Shown piece after piece: positions 43,601-57,370 of a DNA stretch of 64,000 bases. The translations under genes were made by a program, and so were the position numbers. The notes below the pieces were generated by a model. That model was not told the DNA's origin, did no database searches, and worked only from the letters and a program-made list of their open reading frames with translations. This DNA is from Eledone cirrhosa. Taxonomy: Eukaryota. The stretch covers positions 139,686,001 through 139,750,000 of the forward strand of contig OZ024743.1 in assembly GCA_964016885.1 (NCBI GenBank). Reading direction: 5' to 3'. Position 1 is the stretch's first letter, and each line of letters starts with the position of its first letter.

Positions 43601-46600
43601 CACCAAGCACCCAACACCAAGCACCAAGCACCAAACACCAAGCACCAAACACCAAGCACCAAGCACCAAGCACCAAACACCAAGCACCAGGCACCAAGCA
43701 CCAAACACCAAGCACCATGCACCAAGCACCAAGCCCCAAACACTTAACACCAAGCACCAAGCACCAAGCACCAAACACCAATCACCAAAAACCAAACACC
43801 AAGCACCAAGTACCAAACACCAAGCACCAAGCACCAAACACCAAGCACCAAGCACCAATCACCAAACACCAAGAACCAAGCACCATACACCAAGCACCAA
43901 GCACCAAGCACCAGGCACCAAGCACCAAGCACCAAACACAAAACACCAAGCACCAAGCACCAAGCAGCAAACACCAAGCATCAAACACCAAACACCAAAC
44001 ACCAAGCACCAAACACCAAGCACCAAGCACCAAACACCAAACACCAAGCACCAAGCACCAAGCACCAAACAACAAACACCAAGCACCAAACACCAGATAT
44101 CAAGCACAAAGCACCAAACACCAAACACCAAGCACCAAGCACCAAACACCAAACAACAAGCACCAGGCACCAAGCACCAAACACCAAACACCAAGCACCA
44201 AGCACCAAGCACCAAACACCAAGCACCAAGCACCAAATACCAAGCACCAAACACAAAGCACCAAGCACCAAACACCAAGCACCAAGCACCAAACACCAAG
44301 CACCAAGCACCAAACACCAAACCACAAGCACCAAACACCAAACCCCAAGCACCAAGCACCAAACACTAATCACCAAGCACCAAGCACCAAACAACAAGCA
44401 CCAAGCACCAAACACCAGGCACCAAGCACCAAGCACCAAACACTAATCACCAAGCACCAAGCACCAAGCACCAAACACCATGCACCAAGCACCAAGCACC
44501 AAAAACCAAGAACCAAGCACCAAACACCAAACACCAAGATCCAAACACCAAGCACCAAGCACCAAGCACCAACCACCCAGCACCAAGCACCAAGCACCAA
44601 ACACCAAGCACCAAACACCAAGCACCAAGCACCAAGCACCAAGCACCAAACACCAAGCACCAAGCACTAAGCACCAAACACCAAGCCCCAAGTACCAAGC
44701 ACCAAACACCAAACACCCAGCACCAAGCACCAAGCACCAAACACCAGGCACCAAACACTAAACACCAAACACCAAGCACCAAGCACCAAGCACCAAACAC
44801 CAAGCACCAAGCACTAAGCACCAAACACCAAGCTCCAAGCACCAAGCACCAAACACCAAACACCAAGCACCAAGCACCAAACACCAAGCACCAAGCACCA
44901 TGCACCTAGCACCAAACACCAAACACCAAGCACCAAAGACCAAGCACGAAGCACCAAGCACCAAGCACCAAACAATAAGCACCAAGCACCAAGCACCAAA
45001 CACCAAGCACCAAACACCAAGCCCCAAGCACCAAGCACCAAACACCAAACACCAAGCACCAAGCACCAAACACCAAGCACCAAGCACCATGCACCTAGCA
45101 CCAAACACCAAACACCAAGCACCAAGCACCAAACACCAAGCACCAATCACCAAGCACCAAACACCAAGCAGCAAGCAGCAAGCACCAAACACCAAACACC
45201 AAGCACCAAGCACCAAACACCAAGCACCAAGGACCAAACATCAAACACCAAGCACCAAGCACCAAAAACCTAACACCAAGCACCAAGCACCAAGCACCAA
45301 GCACCGAACACCAAGCACATAACACCAAGCACCAAACACCAAGCACCAAGCACCAAACACCAAGCACCAAACACCAAGCACCAAGCACCAAGCACCAAAC
45401 ACCACACACCAGGCACCAAGCACCAAACACCAAGCACCATGCACCAAGCACCAAGCCCCAAACACTTAACACCAAGCACCAAGCACCAAGCACCAAACAC
45501 CAATCACCAAAAACCAAACACCAAACACCAATCACCAAAAACCAAACACCAAGCACCAAGTACCAAACACCAAGCACCAAGCACCAAACACCAAGCACCA
45601 AGCACCAATCACCAAACACCAAGAACCAAGCACCAAACACCAAGCACCAAGGACCAAACATCAAACACCAAGCACCAAGCACCAAACACCTAACACCAAG
45701 CACCAAGCACCAAGCACCGAACACCAAGCACATAACACCAAGCACCCAACACCAAGCACCAAGCACCAAACACCAAGCACCAAACACCAAGCACCAAGCA
45801 CCAAGCACCAAACACCAAGCACCAGGCACCAAGCACCAAACACCAAGCACCATGCACCAAGCACCAAGCCCCAAACACTTAACACCAAGCACCAAGCACC
45901 AAGCACCAAACACCAATCACCAAAAACCAAACACCAAGCACCAAGTACCAAACACCAAGCACCAAGCACCAAACACCAAGCACCAAGCACCAATCACCAA
46001 ACACCAAGAACCAAGCACCATACACCAAGCACCAAGCACCAAGCACCAGGCACCAAGCACCAAGCACCAAACACAAAACACCAAGCACCAAGCACCAAGC
46101 AGCAAACACCAAGCATCAAACACCAAACACCAAACACCAAGCACCAAACACCAAGCACCAAGCACCAAACACCAAACACCAAGCACCAAGCACCAAGCAC
46201 CAAACAACAAACACCAAGCACCAAACACCAGATATCAAGCACAAAGCACCAAACACCAAACACCAAGCACCAAGCACCAAACACCAAACAACAAGCACCA
46301 GGCACCAAGCACCAAACACCAAACACCAAGCACCAAGCACCAAACACCAAACACCAAGCACGCAGCATCAAACACCAAGCACCAAGCACCAAGCACCAAA
46401 CACCAAGCACCAAGCACCAAACACCAAGCACCAAACACAAAGCACCAAGCACCAAACACCAAGCACCAAGCACCAAACACCAAGCACCAAGCACCAAACA
46501 CCAAACCACTAGCACCTAACACCAAACCCCAAGCACCAAGCACCAAACACTAATCACCAAGCACCAAGCACCAAACAACAAGCACCAAGCACCAAGCACC

Positions 46601-49600
46601 AAACACCAAGCACCAAGAACCAAGCACAAAACACCAAGCACCAAGCACCAAACACCAAACACCAAGCACCAAAGACCAAGCACGAAGCACCAAGCACCAA
46701 GCACCAAACAATAAGCACCAAGCACCAAGCACCAAACACCAAGCACCAAGCACCAAACACCAACCACCCAGCACCAAGCACCAAGCACCAAACACCAGGC
46801 ACCAAACACTAAACACCAAACACCAAGCACCAAGTACCAAACACCAAGCACCAAGCACCAAACACCAAGCACCAAGCACCAATCACCAAACACCAAGAAC
46901 CAAGCACCATACACCAATCACCAAGCACCAAGCACCAGGCACCAAGCACCAAGCACCAAACACAAAACACCAAGCACCAAGCACCAAGCAGCAAACACCA
47001 AGCATCAAACACCAAACACCAAGCACCAAGCACCAAACACCAAGCACCAAGCACTAAGCACCAAACACCAAGCCCCAAGCACCAAGCACCAAACACCAAA
47101 CACCAAGCACCAAGCACCAAACACCAAGCAGCAAGCAGCAAGCACCAAACACCAAACACCAAGCACCAAGCACCAAACACCAAGCACCAAGCACCAAACA
47201 CCAAACACCAAGCACCAAAGACCAAGTACGAAGCACCAAGCACCAAGCACCAAATAATAAGCACCAAGCACCAAGCACCAAACACCAAGCACCAAACACC
47301 AAGCCCCAAGCACCAAGCACCAAACACCAAACACCAAGCACCAAGCACCAAACACCAAGCACCAAGCACCATGCACCTAGCACCAAACACCAAACACCAA
47401 GCACCAAGCACCAAACACCAAGCACCAATCACCAAGCACCAAACACCAAGCAGCAAGCAGCAAGCACCAAACACCAAACACCAAGCACCAAGCACCAAAC
47501 ACCAAGCACCAAGGACCAAACATCAAACACCAAGCACCAAGCACCAAAAACCTAACACCAAGCACCAAGCACCAAGCACCAAGCACCGAACACCAAGCAC
47601 ATAACACCAAGCACCAAACACCAAGCACCAAGCACCAAACACCAAGCACCAAACACCAAGCACCAAGCACCAAACAACAACCACCCAGCACCAAGCACCA
47701 AGCACCAAACACCAGGCACCAAACACTAAACACCAAACACCAAGCACCAAGCACCAAGCACCAAACACCAAGCACCAAGCACTAAGCACCAAACACCAAG
47801 CCCCAAGCACCAAGCACCAAACACCAAACACCAAGCACCAAGCACCAAACACCAAGCACCAAGCACCATGCACCTAGCACCAAACACCAAACACCAAGCA
47901 CCAAGCACCAAACACCAAGCACCAATCACCAAGCACCAAACACCAAGCAGCAAGCAGCAAGCACCAAACACCAAACACCAAGCACCAAGCACCAAACACC
48001 AAGCACCAAGGACCAAACATCAAACACCAAGCACCAAGCACCAAACACCTAACACCAAGCACCAAGCACCAAGCACAAAGCACCGAACACCAAGCACATA
48101 ACACCAAGCACCAAACACCAAGCACCAACCACCAAACACCAAGCACCAAGCACCAAATACCAAGCACCAGGCACCAAGCAGCAAACACCAAGCACCAAGC
48201 ACCAAACACCAAGCACCAAACACAAAGCACCAAGCACCAAACACCAAACCCCAAGCACCAAACACCAAACCTCAAGCACCAAGCACAAAACACTAATCAC
48301 CAAGCACCAAGCACCAAACAACAAGCACCAAGCACCAAGCACCAGGCACCAAGCACCAAGCACCAAACACTAATCACCAAGCACCAACCACCAAGCACCA
48401 AACACCAAGCACCAAGCACCAAGCACAAAACACCAAGCACCAAGCAACAAACACCAAACACCAAGCACCAAAGACCAAGCACGAAGCACCAAGCACCAAG
48501 CACCAAACAATAAGCACCAAGCACCAAGCACCAAACACCAAGCACCAAGCACCATGCACCAAGCACCAAGCACTAAGCACCAAACACCAAGCCCCAAGCA
48601 CCAAGCACCAAACACCAAACACCAAGCACCAAGCACCAAACACCAAGCACCAAGCACCATGCACCTAGCACCAAACACCAAACACCAAGCACCAAGCACC
48701 AAACAGCAAGCACCAATCACCAAGCACCAAACACCAAGCAGCAAGAACCAAACACCAAGCACCAAACACCAAGCACCAAGCACCAAGCACCAAACACCAA
48801 ACACCAGGCACCAAGCACCAAACACCAAGCACCATGCACCAAGCACCAAGCCCCAAACACTTAACACCAAGCACCAAGCACCAAGCACCAAACACCAATC
48901 ACCAAAAACCAAACACCAAGCACCAAGTACCAAACACCAAGCACCAAGCACCAAACACCAAGCACCAAGCACCAATCACCAAACACCAAGAACCAAGCAC
49001 CAAACACCAAGCACCAAGGACCAAACATCAAACACCAAGCACCAAGCACCAAACACCTAACACCAAGCACCAAGCACCAAGCACCGAACACCAAGCACAT
49101 AACACCAAGCACCCAACACCAAGCACCAAGCACCAAACACCAAGCACCAAACACCAAGCACCAAGCACCAAGCACCAAACACCAAGCACCAGGCACCAAG
49201 CACCAAACACCAAGCACCATGCACCAAGCACCAAGCCCCAAACACTTAACACCAAGCACCAAGCACCAAGCACCAAACACCAATCACCAAAAACCAAACA
49301 CCAAGCACCAAGTACCAAATACCAAGCACCAAGCACCAAACACCAAGCACCAAGCACCAATCACCAAACACCAAGAACCAAGCACCATACACCAAGCACC
49401 AAGCACCAAGCACCAGGCACCAAGCACCAAGCACCAAACACAAAACACCAAGCACCAAGCACCAAGCAGCAAACACCAAGCATCAAACACCAAACACCAA
49501 ACACCAAGCACCAAGCACCAAACACCAAACACCAAGCACCAAGCACCAAGCACCAAACAACAAACACCAAGCACCAAACACCAGATATCAAGCACCATGC

Positions 49601-52600
49601 ACCAAACACCAAACACCAAGCACCAAGCACCAAACACCAAACAACAAGCACCAGGCACCAAGCACCAAACACCAAACACCAAGCACCAAGCACCAAACAG
49701 CAAACACCAAGCACGCAGCATCAAACACCAAGCACCAAGCACCAAGCACCAAACACCAAGCACCAAGCACCAAACACCAAGCACCAAATACAAAGCACCA
49801 AGCACCAAACACCAAGCACCAAGCACCAAACACCAAGCACCAAGCACCAAACACCAAACCACTAGCACCTAACACCAAACCCCAAGCACCAAGCACCAAA
49901 CACTAATCACCAAGCACCAAGCACCAAACAACAAGCACCAAGCACCAAGCACCAGGCACCAAGCACCAAGCACCAAACACTAATCACCAAGCACCAAGCA
50001 CCAAGCACCAAACACCAAGCACCAAGCACCAAGCACAAAACACCAAGCACCAAGCACCAAACACCAAACACCAAGCACCAAAGACCAAGCACGAAGCACC
50101 AAGCACCAAGCACCAAACAATAAGCACCAAGCACCAAGCACCAAACACCAAGCACCAAGCACCAAACACCAACCACCCAGCACCAAGCACCAAGCACCAA
50201 ACACCAGGCACCAAACACTAAACACCAAACACCAAGCACCAAGCACCAAGCACCAAACACCAAGCACCAAGCACTAAGCACCAAACACCAAGCCGCAAGC
50301 ACCAAGCACCAAACACCAAACACCAAGCACCAAGCACCAAACACCAAGCAGCAAGCAGCAAGCACCAAACACCGAACACCAAGCACCAAGCACCAAACAC
50401 CAAGCACCAAGCACCAAACACCAAACACCAAGCACCAAAGACCAAGCACGAAGCACCAAGCACCAAGCACCAAACAATAAGCACCAAGCACCAAGCACCA
50501 AACACCAAGCACCAAACACCAAGCCCCAAGCACCAAGCACCAAACACCAAACACCAAGCACCAAGCACCAAACACCAAGCACCAAGCACCATGCACCTAG
50601 CACCAAACACCAAACACCAAGCACCAAGCACCAAACACCAAGCACCAATCACCAAGCACCAAACACCAAGCAGCAAGCAGCAAGCACCAAACACCAAACA
50701 CCAAGCACCAAGCACCAAACACCAAGCACCAAGGACCAAACATCAAACACCAAGCACCAAGCACCAAAAACCTAACACCAAGCACCAAGCACCAAGCACC
50801 AAGCACCGAACACCAAGCACATAACACCAAGCACCAAACACCAAGCACCAAGCACCAAACACCAAGCACCAAACACCAAGCACCAAGCACCAAGCACCAA
50901 ACACCACGCACCAGGCACCAAGCACCAAACACCAAGCACCATGCACCAAGCACCAAGCCCCAAACACTTAACACCAAGCACCAAGCACCAAGCACCAAAC
51001 ACCAATCACCAAAAACCAAACACCAAGCACCAAGTACCAAACACCAAGCACCAAGCACCAAACACCAAGCACCAAGCACCAATCACCAAACACCAAGAAC
51101 CAAGCACCATACACCAAGCACCAAGCACCAAGGACCAGGCACCAAGCACCAAGCAGCAAACACCAAGCATCAAACACCAAACACCAAACACCAAGCACCA
51201 AACACCAAGCACCAAGCACCAAACACCAAACACCAAGCACCAAGCACCAAGCACCAAACAACAAACACCAAGCACCAAACACCAGATATCAAGCACCAAG
51301 CACCAAACACCAAACACCAAGCACCAAGCACCAAACACCAAACAACAAGCACCAGGCACCAAGCACCAAACACCAAACACCAAGCACCAAGCACCAAACA
51401 CCAAGCACCAAGGACCAAACATCAAACACCAAGCACCAAGCACCAAACACCTAACACCAAGCACCAAGCACCAAGCACCGAACACCAAGCACATAACACC
51501 AAGCACCAAACACCAAGCACCAAGCACCAAACACCAAGCACCAAACACCAAGCACCAAGCACCAAGCACCAAACACCAAGCACCAGGCACCAAGCACCAA
51601 ACACCAAGCACCATGCACCAAGCACCAAGCCCCAAACACTTAACACCAAGCACCAAGCACCAAGCACCAAACACCAATCACCAAAAACCAAACACCAAGC
51701 ACCAAGCACCAAACACAAAACACCAAGCACCAAGCACCAAGCAGCAAACACCAAGCATCAAACACCAAACACCAAACACCAAGCACCAAACACCAAGCAC
51801 CAAGCACCAAACACCAAACACTAAGCACCAAGCACCAAGCACCAAACAACAAACACCAAGCACCAAACACCAGATATCAAGCACCAAGCACCAAACACCA
51901 AACACCAAGCACCAAGCACCAAACACCAAACAACAAGCACCAGGCACCAAACACCAAACACCAAACACCAAGCACCAAGCACCAAACACCAAACACCAAG
52001 CACGCAGCATCAAACACCAAGCACCAAGCACCAAGCACCAAACACCAAGCACCAAGCACCAACACCAAGCACCAAACACAGAGCACCAAGCACCAAACAC
52101 CAAGCACCAAGCACCAAACACCAAGCACCAAGCACCAAACACCAAACCACAAGCACCAAACACCAAACCCCAAGCACCAAGCACCAAACACTAATCACCA
52201 AGCACCAAGCACCAAACAACAAGCACCAAGCACCAAGCACCAGGCACCAAGCACCAAGCACCAAACACTAATCACCAAGCACCAAGCACCAAGCACCAAA
52301 CACCAAGCACCAAGCACCAAGCACAAGACACCAAGCACCAAGCACCAAACACCGAACACCAAGCACCAATGACCAAGCACGAAGCACCACGCACCAAGCA
52401 CCAAACAATAAGCACCAAGCACCAAGCACCAAACACCAAGCACCAAACACCAAGCCCCAAGCACCAAGCACCAAACACCAAACACCAAGCACCAAGCACC
52501 AAACACCAAGCACCAAGCACCATGCACCTAGCACCAAACACCAAACACCAAGCACCAAGCACCAAACACCAAGCACCAATCACCAAGCACCAAATACCAA

Positions 52601-55252
52601 GCAGCAAGCAGCAAGCACCAAACACCAAACACCAAGCACCAAGCACCAAACACCAAGCACCAAGGACCAAACATCAAACACCAAGCACCAAGTACCAAAC
52701 ACCTAACACCAAGCACCAAGCACCAAGCACCAAGCACCGAACACCAAGCACATAACACCAAGCACCAAACACCAAGCACCAAGCACCAAACACCAAGCAC
52801 CAAACACCAAGCACCAAGCACCAAACACCAACCACCCAGCACCAAGCACCAAGCACCAAACACCAGGCACCAAACACTAAACACCAAACACCAAGCACCA
52901 AGCACCAAGCACCAAACACCAAGCACCAAGCACTAAGCACCAAACACCAAGCTCCAAGCACCAAGCACCAAACACCAAACACCAAGCACCAAGCACCAAA
53001 CACCAAGCACCAAGCACCATGCACCTAGCACCAAACACCAAACACCAAGCACCAAGCACCAAACACCAAGCACCAATCACCAAGCACCAAACACCAAGCA
53101 GCAAGCAGCAAGCACCAAACACCAAACACCAAGCACCAAGCACCAAACACCAAGCTCCAAGGACCAAACATCAAACACCAAGCACCAAGCACCAAACACC
53201 TAACACCAAGCACCAAGCACCAAGCACCAAGCACCGAACACCAAGCACATAACACCAAGCACCAAACACCAAGCACCAAGCACCAAACACCAAGCACCAA
53301 ACACCAAGCACCAAGCACCAAGCACCAAACACCAAGCACCAGGCACCAAGCACCAAACACCAAGCACCATGCACCAAGCACCAAGCCCCAAACACTTAAC
53401 ACCAAGCACCAAGCACCAAGCACCAAACACCAATCACCAAAAACCAAACACCAAGCACCAAGTACCAAACACCAAGCACCAAGCACCAAACACCAAGCAC
53501 CAAGCACCAATCACCAAACACCAAGAACCAAGCACCATACACCAAGCACCAAGCACCAAGGACAAGGCACCAAGCACCAAGCAGCAAACACCAAGCATCA
53601 AACACCAAACACCAAACACCAAGCACCAAACACCAAGCACCAAGCACCAAACACCAAACACCAGGCACCAAGCACCAAGAACCAAACAACAAACACCAAG
53701 CACCAAACACCAGATATCAAGCACCAAGCACCAAACACCAAACACCAAGCACCAAGCACCAAACACCAAACAACAAGCACCAGGCACCAAGCACCAAACA
53801 CCAAACACCAAGCACCAAACACCAAGCACCAAGCACCAAACACCAAACCACAAGCACCAAACACCAAACCCCAAGCACCAAACACCAAACACCAAACACC
53901 AAGCACGCAGCATCAAAGACCAAGCACCAAGCACCAAGCACCAAACACCAAGCACCAAGCACCAAATACCAAGCACCAAACACAAAGCACCAAGCACCAA
54001 ACACCAAGCACCAAGCACCAAACACCAAGCACCAAGCACCAAACACCAAACCACAAGCACCAAACACCAAACCCCAAGCACCAAGCACCAAACACTAATC
54101 ACCAAGCACCAAGCACCAAACAACAAGCACCAAGCACCAAACACCAGGCACCAAGCACCAAGCACCAAACACTAATCACCAAGCACCAAGCACCAAGCAC
54201 CAAACACCATGCACCAAGCACCAAGCACCAAAAACCAAGAACCAAGCACCAAACACCAAACACCAAGATCCAAACACCAAGCACCAAGCACCAAGCACCA
54301 ACCACCCAGCACCAAGCACCAAGCACCAAACACCAAGCACCAAACACCAAGCACCAAGCACCAAGCACCAAGCACCAAACACCAAGCACCAAGCACTAAG
54401 CACCAAACACCAAGCCCCAAGTACCAAGCACCAAACACCAAACACCCAGCACCAAGCACCAAGCACCAAACACCAGGCACCAAACACTAAACACCAAACA
54501 CCAAGCACCAAGCACCAAGCACCAAACACCAAGCACCAAGCACTAAGCACCAAACACCAAGCTCCAAGCACCAAGCACCAAACACCAAACACCAAGCACC
54601 AAGCACCAAACACCAAGCACCAAGCACCATGCACCTAGCACCAAACACCAAACACCAAGCACCAAAGACCAAGCACGAAGCACCAAGCACCAAGCACCAA
54701 ACAATAAGCACCAAGCACCAAGCACCAAACACCAAGCACCAAACACCAAGCCCCAAGCACCAAGCACCAAACACCAAACACCAAGCACCAAGCACCAAAC
54801 ACCAAGCACCAAGCACCATGCACCTAGCACCAAACACCAAACACCAAGCACCAAGCACCAAACACCAAGCACCAATCACCAAGCACCAAACACCAAGCAG
54901 CAAGCAGCAAGCACCAAACACCAAACACCAAGCACCAAGCACCAAACACCAAGCACCAAGGACCAAACATCAAACACCAAGCACCAAGCACCAAAAACCT
55001 AACACCAAGCACCAAGCACCAAGCACCAAGCACCGAACACCAAGCACATAACACCAAGCACCAAACACCAAGCACCAAGCACCAAACACCAAGCACCAAA
55101 CACCAAGCACCAAGCACCAAGCACCAAACACCACGCACCAGGCACCAAGCACCAAACACCAAGCACCATGCACCAAGCACCAAGCCCCAAACACTTAACA
55201 CCAAGCACCAAGCACCAAGCACCAAACACCAATCACCAAAAACCAAACACCA
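33571..55252 (+). repeat. Large near-identical tandem duplication (offsets 9820, 11955 and 11864)
   Basis: About 35153-43388 is repeated at about 47017-55252 (offset 11864; many identical ORFs such as 35507/47371, 38043/49907, 41505/53369, 42765/54629). About 33571-34580 recurs at +11955, and its first ~800 bp also at +9820. Confidence 0.95.
42055..46343 (+). repeat. 2135-bp (305-monomer) essentially perfect tandem duplication
   Basis: Identical ORFs at 42235/44370, 42345/44480, 42765/44900, 42960/45095, 43304/45439 and 43782/45917. The flanking mismatches I located are at 42054 and 46344. Confidence 0.93.
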
Positions 55253-57370
55253 AGCGCCAAGTACCAAACACCAAGCACCAAGCACCAAACACCAAGCACC
55301 AAGCACCAATCACCAAACACCAAGAACCAAGCACCATACACCAAGCACCAAGCACCAAGGACCAGGCACCAAGCACCAAGCCGCAAACACCAAGCATCAA
55401 ACACCAAACACCAAACACCAAGCACCAAACACCAAGCACCAAGCACCAAACACCAAACACCAAGCACCAAGCACCAAGCACCAAACAACAAACACCAAGC
55501 ACCAAACACCAGATATCAAGCACCAAGCACCAAACACCAAACACCAAGCACCAAGCACCAAACACCAAACAACAAGCACCAGGCACCAAGCACCAAACAC
55601 CAAACACCAAGCACCAAGCACCAAACACCAAGCACCAAGGACCAAACATCAAACACCAAGCACCAAGCACCAAACACCTAACACCAAGCACCAAGCACCA
55701 AGCACCGAACACCAAGCACATAACACCAAGCACCAAACACCAAGCACCAAGCACCAAACACCAAGCACCAAACACCAAGCACCAAGCACCAAGCACCATG
55801 CACCAAGCACCAAGCCCCAAACACTTAACACCAAGCACCAAGCACCAAGCACCAAACACCAATCACCAAAAACCAAACACCAAGCACCAAGCACCAAACA
55901 CAAAACACCAAGCACCAAGCACCAAGCAGCAAACACCAAGCATCAAACACCAAACACCAAACACCAAGCACCAAACACCAAGCACCAAGCACCAAACACC
56001 AAACACTAAGCACCAAGCACCAAGCACCAAACAACAAACACCAAGCACCAAACACCAGATATCAAGCACCAAGCACCAAACACCAAACACCAAGCACCAA
56101 GCACCAAACACCAAACAACAAGCACCAGGCACCAAACACCAAACACCAAACACCAAGCACCAAGCACCAAACACCAAACACCAAGCACGCAGCATCAAAC
56201 ACCAAGCACCAAGCACCAAGCACCAAACACCAAGCACCAAGCACCAACACCAAGCACCAAACACAGAGCACCAAGCACCAAACACCAAGCACCAAGCACC
56301 AAACACCAAGCACCAAGCACCAAACACCAAACCACAAGCACCAAACACCAAACCCCAAGCACCAAGCACCAAACACTAATCACCAAGCACCAAGCACCAA
56401 ACAACAAGCACCAAGCACCAAGCACCAGGCACCAAGCACCAAGCACCAAACACTAATCACCAAGCACCAAGCACCAAGCACCAAACACCAAGCACCAAGC
56501 ACCAAGCACAAAACACCAAGCACCAAGCACCAAACACCGAACACCAAGCACCAATGACCAAGCACGAAGCACCACGCACCAAGCACCAAACAATAAGCAC
56601 CAAGCACCAAGCACCAAACACCAAGCACCAAACACCAAGCCCCAAGCACCAAGCACCAAACACCAAACACCAAGCACCAAGCACCAAACACCAAGCACCA
56701 AGCACCATGCACCTAGCACCAAACACCAAACACCAAGCACCAAGCACCAAACACCAAACACCAATCACCAAGCACCAAATACCAAGCAGCAAGCAGCAAG
56801 CACCAAACACCAAACACCAAGCACCAAGCACCAAACACCAAGCACCAAGGACCAAACATCAAACACCAAGCACCAAGTACCAAACACCTAACACCAAGCA
56901 CCAAGCACCAAGCACCAAGCACCGAACACCAAGCACATAACACCAAGCACCAAACACCAAGCACCAAGCACCAAACACCAAGCACCAAACACCAAGCACC
57001 AAGCACCAAACACCAACCACCCAGCACCAAGCACCAAGCACCAAACACCAGGCACCAAACACTAAACACCAAACACCAAGCACCAAGCACCAAGCACCAA
57101 ACACCAAGCACCAAGCACTAAGCACCAAACACCAAGCTCCAAGCACCAAGCACCAAACACCAAACACCAAGCACCAAGCACCAAACACCAAGCACCAAGC
57201 ACCATGCACCTAGCACCAAACACCAAACACCAAGCACCAAGCACCAAACACCAAGCACCAATCACCAAGCACCAAACACCAAGCAGCAAGCAGCAAGCAC
57301 CAAACACCAAACACCAAGCACCAAGCACCAAACACCAAGCTCCAAGGACCAAACATCAAACACCAAGCAC
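50430..57370 (+). repeat. 4227-bp tandem HOR; second copy partial with a 42-bp (6-monomer) deletion
   Basis: ORF pairs 50597/54824 and 50941/55168 (4227), then 51678/55863, 52369/56554 and 52877/57062 (4185). The 6-mer caccaa is at 52057 and 56242. Confidence 0.9.
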
